64,000 nt of DNA. Origin: Selaginella moellendorffii (taxonomy: Eukaryota; Plantae; Lycopodiophyta). Location: NCBI RefSeq assembly GCF_000143415.4, contig NW_003314300.1, positions 104,908-168,907 on the forward strand, read 5' to 3'. Every line of letters begins with the position of its first letter. Position 1 is the first letter of the stretch. The notes under the pieces are model-generated. The model saw nothing but the letters and a program-made list of their open reading frames with translations, was not told where the DNA came from and did no database searches. This document shows positions 37,905-51,056 of the stretch, one piece after another. A program made the position numbers and the translations under genes.

Positions 37905-38699
37905 GCTATAAGCAGCCTTTTCGTCTCATCCAAACTAATCACTTTCGGATAGGTGACTTGGAAGAAGTTAAGCGTCATATCAGGTGGATGGATGATCCTT
38001 CCAAGCAAGAAAGTTACGCAACGATTACGATGGTCGCGAGTTACATCACTCACTCGAGATCGTTTCAAGAGAGAAGTCAACAAGATTGTCTCGAGGGAAT
38101 GTAAGTTATGCGATGCCACTGTGAGTATCTGCCTAGCTACGAGCCTATAGTTCTAACTCTTGGCCATTCCAGATCTATGGAAAGTACCAGTACTGAAGAA
38201 CAAAAACGGGCTCAACGGCATCATCTATATCGCATGGACAATGACTGACTCCTGTGATGGCTCGAGCAAGAAAAAGTCTTTATAGACTTTGAAGGCTCCG
38301 GGTAACGGGCCCTTCGCTCGCTCGTCGCGAGTGAGTGAGTTGTAAATCTCAATCACGTCACAGGTTTAGATCGATCGATCGATGGAGCGGGCGATCGAGC
38401 AAAGCAAAAGCAAAGCAAAAAAGTATGAGAGAAATAAATAGACAACACCAAATGATGGTGATGGTGGGCTTGTTTTCGTGCCACCCACACATTGACGTAG
38501 AAAATAGCTAGCAACTTCACACCCGCTTCTTGAAAAAAACTGACCACCAAAAGAAATATAGACACAAAAGTAGAAACAATTGCATGACATTTACCCAGGC
38601 CCAACCATGTGAATGCCAATCATGCAAACCACATGAAAATATATTATCCGCATATCCTATGACGCAATCGCCGCCGTTGGTCGCTTGCTTAATATAAAC

Positions 38700-38730
38700 G
38701 CCACGTGTCGGGCGCCAGGTGCCACGTGGC
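38700..38730. promoter_or_regulatory. Paired G-box/ABRE motifs upstream of IQD
   Basis: GCCACGTGTC and GCCACGTGGC about 20 bp apart, with a CT-rich tract at ~38967-38989. Function is untested. Confidence 0.4.
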
Positions 38731-39489
38731 AGACGTACGGTGAGATTCCGCCTCCGAGACTTTTGGGATTTTTGGCCCGGCGTACGGAACGCGCTCATCC
38801 GTGAAGAGTTTACCGGCGGTATAAGCAGGCGCCTGTTTTAACCAATTATAGGCTGGACATTTACCGGAGCTTACAGAGAGTGGGGCCAGTAGTTTTTAAG
38901 GGGCTATTAAATATTACTACTTTGACGGGCGCCCGTCGCTATTTGCTTACAGAGTGGCCGCGCTGTGCTCTCTCTCTCTTTCTCTCTCTCGTTACCTAGC
39001 AGTGTGTGTTCTTCGCCGCTAATCCTTTTGGGGAGCGCCATAGCTCTTGTCTTCTCTCACTGTCGCGGCGCCTGCGAGGAGGCGTGAATGCGACCGGAGA
39101 TCTTCCAGTTCTATCTCCTGCCGCTGCTGCCGCTGGAGCTCTAGGCGCCGATCAGGAGCATCCGCCGCCGGCATTCTCGCGTAATCTCCAGGTATCGCGT
39201 CAATGCGGGCTTGAATCGGCATTCTCTCGGCGTCGCCAGGTACACAGCTCTCGGATCCATGCCGTCTCGAAAATCTCTACAGGGTTTTGGTGTCGCAGAT
39301 GAAGGGATTGGAGGTTCTCGGGGCTTGAGGAGGCGGATTATCGCATCCAAGGCGCCAGGTACTTGCAGATCTGCCCGCATTTCGCTTCTCATGCATCCGG
39401 AGTGACAGGATCGATCAACCATCGCTTGTTTTGTCGTGTTTTTGTCACGGCAGAGACCTAATTCCTGTGTTCTTCAGTGCGGGTTTGCG

Positions 39490-41515
39490 ATGGGGAAGTC
39501 CGCGAGATGGATCAAGAAAGTTCTCGGCCTCAAGAAGAAATCCTCGTCCAAGGAGAAGACGCCCTCGAAGTCGTCAGAGAAAACACCGGCAAAGCCATCG
39601 GATAGTGAGTTTGTACGTACTCGTTTGTCTCTCTTCGATCATCGTTCTATCGCTTTGATTAATGCTCTTTGTTTTTCTCTTTGGTTTCCCAGGTTGTCCC
39701 GACGAAGCCCATCTTTAATGAAATTCCGCAAGTGGTTCCTGTGCAGCCACCATCTCCAATTGAGCCCGTGCATGCGAAGAAGGAAGATCCGCCTCCTCCC
39801 CGTGCTGATCTATGCATATGCCCACCAGTGAAACTCGATCGGCAGATACAGTGCACGGATGAATCCGTTGAGGAGTCTGCCGAAGAACTTAATCATGCAT
39901 CTCGCGAGGACCCGGAGCTCGATGTCGTGGACGATGATATCTTCCAGAAAGTTATCAGCAAGGAGGATCTCGCGGCTGTGAAAGTCCAAAAGGCTTTTCG
40001 AAGCTATCTGGTACGTTATGTCCATTTTCTTGTTCCTATTTGTTTCAACGTTTGTTTCTCGTAGGCTCGGCGGGCACTTCATGCTTTAAGAGGTCTGATC
40101 AGGCTACAGGCTTTGGCTCGCGGTCATGCTGTGCGTAGAGAGGCTGCGGCAGCTTTAAAATGCGTGCAAGCGATTGTTCGCGTCCAAGCCATTTTCCGAG
40201 GCCGGCAGGTTCGACTATCGGAGGAAGGCCAGGCAATCAAGTATCTTCTCCAACGTTACAGGCAGCTCACAGAAGACTCCTGGCAATTAGCGGTGAGTTA
40301 TTCCTACACAGTTAATGGTTTTCCTGAAGTTTCCAGTATTTCAGGACCACAAACCATACAAGGGGATTTACCGCGTCAGCAGCAACACAAAGAATGCAGA
40401 TCAAGCAATGCAACGACAGGTGAGCATGTTTTCCTATAGATACCGGAAGCTAATGGTTTTTAATGCAGCGGGAATGGAAAAAGTCGAGGAAGCAACCATT
40501 GTACATCGACTCGGCGCTGGAGTCTGGCTCCGGATGGGGATGGCTGCAGCGTTGGACACTCGCTCGGCCATGGGCAATGACCGACGGCGTGGACATCCCG
40601 GAACAAAGCCCAAGACAGCACAAACAGGAGCTTCCAACGCAAGTCAAATCTTCGCCTTCGTATCCGCCTGACACGATCGCAGAGAAAAGCGAGACGTATC
40701 CAACGCCGGAACTAAACTCACACCAACACCCACGCCCGGCGGCCCAGGACGTGGTACACGACGAGCCCGCGAAAGAAGGTCCCATTGCGGAATACACCGA
40801 ACCAAGAACCTCCGACGCTCCTCATATCGACGAAGACTCACCAGAGCTCTACGACGCCACCGAGACGCTCTCTCCGCCAGCTGAGAATGACCACACCAAC
40901 GGCCACGAGGTCGACCACGGTAACGGACATGACGAGTACCCGGACGAAGACCAAGCTTTTGGAGAAGAAGAGGAAGCGTTGGATCAGGACAATGGCCGCC
41001 ACCACCACCATCAGGACGAGGATGACAACGAAGAAGAAGAGGAGGAAGAAGAAGAAGAGGAAGGCACAGCTCGCATCGCTCGGGCCGAGGATTCGACCAA
41101 GCAGGGATACTTTTCACCGAAAGTTGAGAACAACATAGACAACGCTACTACTCCTCACCGAACGCGCGTTCCATCATACATGGCAGCGACGCAATCGGCC
41201 AAGGCCAAGGTCCGCGGCCAGAGTCCCAAGAGCGCGTCACCGACGGAGACGGGGAAGAGGAGGTTCTCCATCCCTGGACCGAATAGCACCAAGGCGAGCT
41301 ATGGCGAAGCTCCTCCACGGAGGCTTTCACTTCCAGGAGGTCCCAATGGCAACGACACTAGCCCGAGAAGGCACTCTCTTTCCAATGGCCGGCTTCCAGA
41401 GATGGTTCGCTCGCCACAGCCGCGCGCTTCGATTGGCAAGGCAAAAGCTGGTGATGGTCGCGATGGTGGCGCTGTGAGGAGATCTACTGAAATGCGGAGG
41501 TCGTTCAAGTTTTAA
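39490..41515 (+). CDS. IQD: IQ67-domain (IQD) calmodulin-binding protein
   Basis: MGKSARWIKKVLG; AAVKVQKAFRSYL|ARRALHALRGLIRLQALARG split by the conserved phase-0 intron; WGWLQRW..ARPW; DUF4005 VPSYMAATQSAKAKVR. Confidence 0.93.
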
Positions 41516-42140
41516 AGAAGAGCTCTCATCCTCTCTGTCGATCTAAACTTCAATACTACACGAAAGTAAGCTTGGTAAGTGAGGTTTTTGGTTTCGCCAT
41601 CTTTTTCTCGTTTCATTTTCTTTTGAGAAATGTTTCTGGTTTTAAAATAATTTTACACAATCTAACTGATTAATAGTTGATTAGTATAATTACCTTGACT
41701 ACAGTCCCTAAAACACCATCTCAAGAGTCACTTCAATTCATGTCTTTGTGTCTTTGTTTGGAAGACACAATCATAGACTAGTGACGTTTCTCCTCGTCCA
41801 ACATGGTACGTCAGAAGCTAAACGTCGGTTTAGGGTTTTACACATACATATATACATATATATAAATATACATACATATATATATGGTCTAAATCAACAA
41901 TTAGATTCTAGAATATACAAATATATTCTAGGTTTCTTTAGAATCACAAAAAATTTTGGAGATAATAAACTTGAAACAAAATCCAAACACTAAGAATAAT
42001 TTATTAATAAACAACATATTTTTTAATTAGATACTTTTGCTTTATTGTCAAATAAAAACGAACTTAAAAGTTCGACATTTTAAATTGAGTACTTATAAGA
42101 CTCAAGAATTTTTTTTAAATGTATATTCGATAGTGAAATA

Positions 42141-43007
42141 ATGAGTAGTTTAATATCAATTTCATCTATAATCATTTTATTCAAAATAGGAGTTTCTCAA
42201 GATACTAATTTTGAAACAGGTGATCTTGATGTTTTAAGTGAAGAAGTATTGAATACTATTTTTCAAGTTATTCATGCTGCAATTAATTCTATACCAAATG
42301 GTATACTTCCAAGAGATCAATGGGTATATGGATCTTTAGGTATTACAAATCCAGATTTAACAACCACAAACATTGAATATGGTGTTTTTATTTTAGAAAC
42401 AGTTGCACAACTTTGTGGTTCAAATAATGAACGTGGTGGAGAAGATGTAGGCTCTATCATTAGAAACACATTGACAAATATTTTAGAAGAATCCTATAAT
42501 GATTTCATAAACTTTGCTGCATCTTCTATAACTATAACTACTGAACATTTTGTTATATTTTATTACATTATACCTCGTAGTCATCAAATACTTGCAATGA
42601 GAAATTTTAGGTGTAACATTTTAATAAATATGTTAATAAGTGGGTATACTAATATGCCAAACCAGTATTTATTATCAGCACATTTCCTAGTTTCTTTAAA
42701 TCATAAAGCATATTTATACTTAAGTAGTGATTGTACTCTAATATTATATACTAAAAATATAAGTTTATGGTTTGCAAAAATAACAAAAAAAGGTAATAAT
42801 TGTGTATTAAGATTACAAGAAGATGGAAATTTAGTTTTATATTCTTCTAATAAAAAAAGTATTTGGGCTTCTGGTACTTATTGTAAGTATTATAATTGCT
42901 ATGAAAATTCACACTTAGAATTACAAAATAATTGTAATTTAGTTTTATATTTCTCATATCAAAGGACATTTAGCACTAAATCAGTAAAAAGAAAAGTTTG
43001 GGATTAA
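42141..43007 (+). CDS. Putative secreted protein: unknown N-terminal region plus bulb-type (GNA-like) mannose-binding lectin domain
   Basis: Intact 288-aa ORF in very AT-rich DNA with a hydrophobic N-terminus. CVLRLQEDGNLVLY..IWASGT (QxDxNxVxY) plus degenerate SSDCTLILY and LQNNCNLVLY subdomains. Confidence 0.75.
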   Translation: MSSLISISSIIILFKIGVSQDTNFETGDLDVLSEEVLNTIFQVIHAAINSIPNGILPRDQWVYGSLGITNPDLTTTNIEYGVFILETVAQLCGSNNERGGEDVGSIIRNTLTNILEESYNDFINFAASSITITTEHFVIFYYIIPRSHQILAMRNFRCNILINMLISGYTNMPNQYLLSAHFLVSLNHKAYLYLSSDCTLILYTKNISLWFAKITKKGNNCVLRLQEDGNLVLYSSNKKSIWASGTYCKYYNCYENSHLELQNNCNLVLYFSYQRTFSTKSVKRKVWD

Positions 43008-43864
43008 AAATAATTGAATATTTTAACAAAATCAATCTATTTAAAATGAGCCAAATCTTTTACCTCTTTCTACTTATAATTTTGGATATAGTATAGCAAG
43101 AAATTTGTGATTGCGGTTTTGGGGGGGAGGTAGTGTATATAGGGTGGGTGGCTTGGCAAAACAATTTGCAAACCTGCAAAATATATAAAAAAAAAACACA
43201 TGTATGCTTAAATTTTTGTAATATACATGTTTAACTCATAAAATAATATTTTGAGCAGAACTTTTTTCTTACACATTAGCATGCATTAGTGCATACCATA
43301 TATGCATTAAATATTGCCCAAGAAATGCTGGGTGGTTTAAAAAGAGGTTTTATATAAAACCTCTTTATAAACTGTTGATTGTAAAAACAAAAAGATCTTG
43401 AGAAAAGAGGCAACCCTAATGTGTGGTGTTTGGAACTTTAATTCTAAATCTATGTTGTGTTGTGCATTTTAATAAAGCCATATAATACTGTCCATGAGTG
43501 AAAACTATGTGGGGCAAATAAACTTCAACTTAGTCAAATGTCTATCTTTGGCATTTAAAGATTACCCAAATGGATTTGAAATTGCCTTTCGGATATTTGA
43601 ATGGAATTTTTGTATTTGATGGCATTAGTGTGATATGTGGGATAAAAACTCTGGTCTCTTTAAATTGCCACATCATAATTTCACAATTTAAAACATTTTG
43701 TAGTGCATTTTTTAGGATGATACAGATGGAGACATATTCCTTAGCAAGATAAAAATAGCATCTTATATGAAAGAGTTTATGTGGTGGGAGACTGGAAGGT
43801 GTGATAGAATTTAGAAATTCTGTTGAAAAGGTTTTAGGATATTCAGTGTCAACAAAATCAACAC

Positions 43865-43903
<39 letters not shown>

Positions 43904-46630
43904 CTTGTAATCTAGAGCAATAATGTTGTTGATTGGAAATGTGCCATTGTTAAGTGGGGTAAGTATGACTCAATTGGCTGTAATATAAGGGTTTGAAATA
44001 TCAAGTATTGAAAGGTGGAAAAAATTGATAATAGATGAATAAATTAGTTGTGTATGAGGTAATAAAATGGAGTTAAAAAATAAATATGGTAAATTTTGAA
44101 AATTTTCACCATTTCCAACTTGGAGAAGTCAATCAGCCCATGATTTATCACTTTTAGCAAATTGCATATTTATTTTCAAAGATAGTTTTCTAAAGAATTA
44201 CCATAATTTATTCATTCTTACAGAACTTGAAACAATTTATACCCTATATCCATATGGAATGACTATAAGTGTCTATCTAAAGTCACTGTTAGTAACAATA
44301 GTTATGCTACCAAAACATAATGGTGTATTATTTAAGTCTTGCAACACTCAATCAACATCAATGAGTGCATGAGTATGAATTATACTTATTTTATCCCATA
44401 ATAATATATTCGCATTTTTTTATTCTTCTACCTACTTTACTATTAATAGTTATAGTAGAAATTGATGTTTCATTTATTGGAATAGGACATTTAAAAGTAA
44501 TGTGTGAATTGTGCCTATTATAAAATAAAATACTTACAATTCCTATCTAAGCTATACATTTATTTCTTTTAGTTATAAAATATTTATAATAGTGTTTAGA
44601 AGAAATATTTTACTAGAACCACTAGGGCCATCAATAAAACTGTACTGATTATACTCATTTGGGTGATTAATTACATTAATGATATCATTAAAAATATTTA
44701 ACTATTCTTCATTAGATAGAGGAATATTTTATTCAACATTTTTATATATTTGTGCTAAGTTGACAATATTTTCATCAATACTATTTTAGACGGTAAAGGT
44801 AGATGGTAGTTTGGATTATTTTTGCCATGCATTTTTCATTTTAATATTTAAATCATGTAAAGCATATTAGTAATGAAAAATAGATTTATTTGCATGAAAT
44901 CCTTAGAGAGGAAGTTTTTATATTTATCCCATAACATGTAAAGATGTTTTAGAGTGTATAAGATACAAAGTAATACAAATAATTATCTTAATTGTGAGGG
45001 CATTCTAAAATAGCAAGGATTTTATAAACATTTTTTGCATTCAATATCACCAAATAAAAGCACATTGTATTACTTATTGAACTGTGTTATAATAACTATT
45101 GTTAACTGTTTTGAGGTTTGTAAAACTCTGAATTTAAACTTTTTGGGAGGTCACCCAAAATATTACTCAAACCCAAAACTCAAAATATCCCAAAATCCTT
45201 AACTGATTAAAAAGGGCTTGCATTTTTGTTTATGAGCATTTTTCCTTTATAGTTGAATTTCAATGGATCATCTTTCGAATTATTGTCTTTGGTTGCTTAT
45301 AATCCACCATGCTTTCCTGTAAATTCAAGCCCTCGTGAATGGAAAGACATCCAACCAAGCTAAACTGGACCACTAAATATCAATCTCAACATATAGTGTG
45401 ATTCTATTAACCAATCAATAGAGTTGAACTTAACACTCTTTTGATATCAAATGTAAACTCTTGAATTTAGACTTCCCAAAAGATCATTTATCCTAGTATT
45501 ACTCAAACCCAAAGACACTTAACCCCAAGTCTTTTAGTATTTTTAACTAATTGAAAAAAGGGTGCATTATTATTCATGGGCACTTTCCCTCTATATTTGA
45601 ACCTTTATAGATTATCTTCAAAGTCATTTTTGTGAGACATAAACCTCTAAGCCCCTGAAAGGGTGTCATGTGGTAGTGGCCAAAGTGGAGCTAACCAAGT
45701 GTAACACATTTTGATTAAAAGCTCCTAGTCGAGAGTGGGAGTGGAACTTCTAACAAAATGCTTAAAGAATAAGTACAAAGCGAGCAATAAGTGAGTTTTT
45801 AGAAAAGGGATACAAGAGGACCACCACATAACACATGGAAAAATCTAAGATGGAATTCAAGATTGAGTCTGAAATGGACCCAAGATGGACTTGAGATGGA
45901 CTCTAGATGGAGTCCAAGATGGAGTTTGAGATAGACCTAAGATGGATTTGAGATGGACCCCAAATGGAGTTCGAGATGGAATCCGAGATGGACCCAAGAT
46001 GGACTTGAGATGGACTCTAGATGGAGTCCAAGATGGACCCTAAATGGAATTCGAGATGGAGTCTGAGATGGACCCCAAATGGAGTCTAAGATGGACCCGA
46101 GATGGAGTTTGAGATGGAATTCGATATAGACTTGAAATGGAATCTGAGATGAACCCAAGATAGAGTCCGAGATAGACCCTAGATAGAGCTGAGATGGACC
46201 TTAGATGGAGTCCAAGATGGACCCGAGATGGAGTTCGAGATAAAGTCTGAGATGGACCCCAAATGGACCCCAAATGGACCCCAGATGAAGTCTAAGATGA
46301 ACCCAAGATAAAGTTTGAGATGGAGTCTGAAATGGACCTAAAATGGAGTCTGAAATGGACCCAAGATGGAGTCCAAGAATCGTTCCCCAAGGGGTGGGCT
46401 GCAAAAGTATATTAAGGAAGGTGTAGGGGGAAGATTCTAATAAAGTTAATTTGGCCAGGAATGGCTAGTGTGACTAAGGAAAGTTATACCTACGTGTTGA
46501 GTGATGATATTACCACTAAGGAGTCCAAAGCTAGAGTGAATACGAACAAGCAAGTGGGGTAGCTTGGGAAGTGTTCAAGAGCTAGTTATAGCTCCCCTAG
46601 GAGATCGAATGGTCAATACTCTCAATTCAA

Positions 46631-49600
46631 GTTGCTTTCTTCTGAGAACATCTTTCCCACAACTTTAGTATGGCACATTCTGCCATCAATGAGATACCTA
46701 CTGTTCTCATACTTGGATCTTATGATCCTCCCCATACCTCATGGGGCACCATACACCTCAATCCAAATGCTTTAACCAATCCCTTAGGATTATTTCTTGA
46801 CTCTTATTTGAGTCATCCAGCTTTTTGGACTTTATCATCCGACGACCCGTGAGGTCCTACCTTTGAGGTGCTAGCTCACTGGAATACAACTTCTTGTATT
46901 TAAGTCCTACTCACAAGGACCATCTTTGCAAATGTTACTCCGACACTTGATTTGTTTGAGACAAAAAATCCCTAGACCCCAAAGTGGAGCCGGAAGGGTG
47001 CCACGTGGTAGTGGCCAAAGCGAAAGCCAAACGAGCATAACATGTTTGGACTAAAAGCTCCGACTTGAAAGGTCGAGAGCAGGAGTGGAACTCCCAACAA
47101 AGTGCTCGAGGAACAAGCACGAAGCGAGCAATAAGCGAGGCTCCAAAAAGGGACCCAAAAGGACCAACACATGACGCATGGAAGTGTCCGAGATGGAGTC
47201 CGAAATGGACCCGAGTTGGACTCCGAGATGGAGTCTGAGATGGACCAAGACGGAGTCCGAGATGGAGTCCAAGATGGAGTCCGAGGTGGAGTCCGAGGTG
47301 GAGTCCGAGGTGGAGTCCGAGATGGAGTCCGAGATGGACCGAGACGGAGTCCGAGATGGAGTCCGAGGTGGAGTCTGAGGTGGAGTCCGAGATGGAGTCT
47401 AAGAGGACCAAGACGGAGTCTGAGATGGAGTCCAAGGTGGAGTCCGAGATGGAGTCCAAAGTGGAGTTCGAGATGGAGTCCGAGATGGACCGAGACGGAG
47501 TCCGAGATGGAGTCCGAGATGGAGTCCGAGATGGACCGAGACGGAGTCTGAGATGGAGTCCAAGATGGACCCGAGAAGGAATTCGAGATGGAGTCCGAGA
47601 AGGACCCGAGATGGAGTCCGAGGTTGAGACCGAGACCGGGACTGAGACCGGGACCGGGACTGAGACCGAGACTGAGACCGAGACCAAGACCGGGACCGAG
47701 ACCAAGACCGAGGCGGAGGCCGAGACCGAGCCCGAGACCGAGACCGAGGCGGAGGCCGAGACCGAGGCCGAGGCCGAGTCCGAGTCCGAGTCCGAGTTTG
47801 AGTCTGAGAGGGTGAAAGCCCAAAGCGTTCGTCTCCCAGACCCTGGGGGGTTTGATGAGCTCCAAAAGTATAGTAAGGGGGAGGATTGCAGTGGAGCCAG
47901 TTTGGCCAGGAAAGGCTAGTTTGGCCCATGAAGGCCAGACCCTGTGTTGGGTGATGAATTGACCACTAGGAAGTCCAAGACTAGAGTGAATACGGACCGA
48001 CAAGCGGGGTAGCTTGGTGAAGTGTTCAAGAGCCGGCTCTAGTTCCCCCGGGAGATCGACTGGCCAATGCTCCTAGTCCAAGTGTGGGTGGCACTACCTA
48101 CTTGGATACCAGGCATGGCTCAACGGAACCTCGCTCTAAGCCCATGGCTAGAGCACCCAAAGGCGGAAGGCAGAGAGAGTACCTAGGTGGCTTGCGTAAG
48201 GCCACGGTGCTCCGAAATGTTGTCCCAAAGTCCCAGACTGTGGAAAGGAAAAGGAGTAGTCCTTTGGTGTGGTGGCCCAGGATACGGTCACGTGGTGAGG
48301 AAGTCCCAGAGGACCATGGGACTTAGTGGTCAGGCCTATGGGCCTCGATCTAGTGGCAGTGTTGGCAAACTCAGCCAAGGGCAGAAAGGGATTTAGTGGG
48401 GACAGACAGAGGGATATTGGGGAAGGCTATTCCCCTTGTCGATGGGCATCCTAAGGATGCTAAGGAGTGGATCTGGGATGACCACTCACGGATGGTTGGC
48501 CCAGTCTTGGAGAGACAAAATTGTGTTGCAAGTGGTATTGGACTACCAGTGCGGCAAAGGTGATTGGGCATGGCCTTAGCATAACAGGCTGCTATGTCGG
48601 TGGTACCTTTGAGTGTCAGTCATGGGATTGGACACGTGGAGCACTTGGACCAGGTGCAAGGGTGGAGTGGCATGGATGCCATTCTTGGGGCTAGCAAGTC
48701 CCAAGTCCTGAATTGGACTTATGGAGGTTGTGAATGAGACTCCTCCAAGTGGTCAAAGGTGTGGTTAAGTGACTAAAGTAGAATGGAAAATTTAGTCGCT
48801 TATATTGTTCTCTTGGGGCAACATTTGGCCCCTTAGGACCACTTGTTCATATGATGAAAATACCAACTCATCCTCTGAGTACACCCCCAACTCCTTGGGT
48901 TGTTCCAGCATTTATTAGAGGTAGCCTTGGCTACCATTTCAAGAACTTGTGTCCGCTTCTGTATTTGACCTCCCATGGTCATCAATTCCGGTCTCAAAGT
49001 TATGAGCACCAGCCTCAACTCCTCTATTGTTTTGGAGTCTGCATCTTTCCCGTGATCCCAACTATAGTTGTTTACCACGACTATGTTAGCCCGTTTGCTG
49101 CATCAAATGCTCATCTGGATTACATCCTCACTCAATGAGGAAAGCCTTACATTGTTCCCAAGATCCCAAAGTCATTCCATCATTGGCCCTTTTGCCTAAT
49201 AGTTCACACGTGAACTATAGTGGAGAGCCATGTCTTCCTGACTTGCTACTCCTCAAGGACAAGCCCACTCCTAGGACCTTCCGATGCCAACACTAGTGGT
49301 GATATACTTCAGCACTAATAAAAGTCGGACTAAGGAACAGCTCTAATACCAAGTTGTAAGCGACTAATTTTTCCATTCTACTGTAGTCACTTAACCACAC
49401 CTTCGACCACTTGGAGGAGTCTCACTCACAACCTCCATAAGTCCTATTTCGGACTTGGGCTTGCTAGCCCCCGAGAATGGCATCCCCACCACTCAACCTT
49501 TGCACTTGGTCCAAGTGCTCCACGTGTCCGATCCCATGACCGACACCCCAAGGTACCACCGACATACTAGCCCGTTACGCTAAGGCCATGCCCATTCACC

Positions 49601-51056
49601 TTGGTAGCACCGATGGTCCAACACCACTTGCATTGCAATCTCGTCTCTCAAAAACTAAGCCATCTGTCCATGAGTGACCATCCTAGGTCCACTCCTTAGC
49701 ATCCTTAAAATGCCCGCAGATATGGGGAATAGCCTTCCCCAATATCCCTTTAACAATCCCCACCAAGATCCTTTTCTGTCCATGGCCGTGTTCACCAACA
49801 CTGCCACTGGATCAAGGTCCACAGGCCCGACCACTAAGTCCCACTATCCTCTGGGACTTCCTCACCACATGACCGTGTCAATAGTCACCACACCAGAGGA
49901 TCACTGTACTTCCTTTCCATAGTCTGGGACTTTGGGATAGCATTTTGGAACACCACAGCCCTACACAGGCCTCCTAGGTATTCTCCCCACCTGCCGTCTT
50001 TGGGTGCTCTAGCCATGGGCTTAGAGTGAGGTTCCGTTGAGTCACGCCTGGTATCCAAGTAGGTAGTGCCACCCACACTTGGACTAGGAGCATCGGCCAG
50101 TCGATCTCCCGGGGGAACTATAGCCGGCTCTTGAACACTTCACCAAGCTACCCCGCTTGTCAGTCCCTATTCACTCTAGTCTTGGACTTCCCAGTGGTTA
50201 GTTCATCACCCAACACTGGGTCTAGCCTTTTTGAGCCAAACTGGCCTTTCCTGGCCAAACTGGCTCCACTGCAGTCCTCCCCCTACTATACTTTTGGAGC
50301 TCACCAAACCCCCTAGGGTCTAGGAGAAGAACGCTTTGGGCTTTCACCCTCTCAGACTCGAACTCAGACTCGGACTCGGACTCAGACTCAAACTCAAACT
50401 CAAACTCAGACTCAGACTCGGACTCGGGCTCGAGCTTGGTCTCAGCCTTGGCCTCAGTCTCAATCTCAGTCTCGGTCTCGGTCCCGGTCTCAGTCTCAGT
50501 CTCGGTCTTGGTCCCGGTCTCGGTCTCAGTCCCGGTCTCGGTCTCGGCCTCGAACTCCATCTCGGGTCCTTCTCGGACTCCATCTCGGACTCCGTCTTGG
50601 TCCATCTTGGACTCCGTCTCAGTCCATCTCGGACTCCATTTCGGGTCCATCTCGGACTCCATCTCGAACTCCATCTCGGACTCCACTTCGGGTCCATCTC
50701 GGACTCCATCTCGGACTCCACTTCGGGTCCATCTCGGACTCCATCTTGGACTCCATCTTGGACCCCATCTCGGACTCCGTCTCGAACTCCATCTCAAGTC
50801 CATCTCGGACTCTTCCACGTGTCATGTGTTGGTCCTTTTTGAGTCCCTTTTTGGAGCCTTGCTTATTGGTTGCCTCGTGCTTGCTCCTCGTGCTCGCTCC
50901 TCGAGCACTTTGTTGGGAGTTCCACTCCCGCTCTCGACCTTCCAAGTCGGAGCTTTTAGTCTAAATGTGTTATGCTCATTTGGCTTTCGCTTTGGCCACT
51001 ACCACATGGCACCCTTTCCGGCTCCACTTTTAGGCCTAGGGATTTTGTGTCTCACA
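46631..51056 (-). mobile_element. 3'-truncated family A element: 5' LTR 49355-51056, PBS, and interior pieces 48804-49354 and 46631-46954
   Basis: Interior pieces are the reverse complement of ~3524-4432. Confidence 0.85.
46955..48803 (+). mobile_element. Family A solo LTR inserted in the interior of the opposite-strand family A copy
   Basis: Full LTR; the host sequence resumes on both sides, with a TTGTT-like TSD. Confidence 0.85.

Noticed and set aside
41776-41815. ACTAG plus a TGACGT/ACGTCA stem as a Helitron 3' end enclosing the lectin gene
   Set aside because: Stem geometry and spacing do not fit the canonical Helitron hairpin; unsupported.
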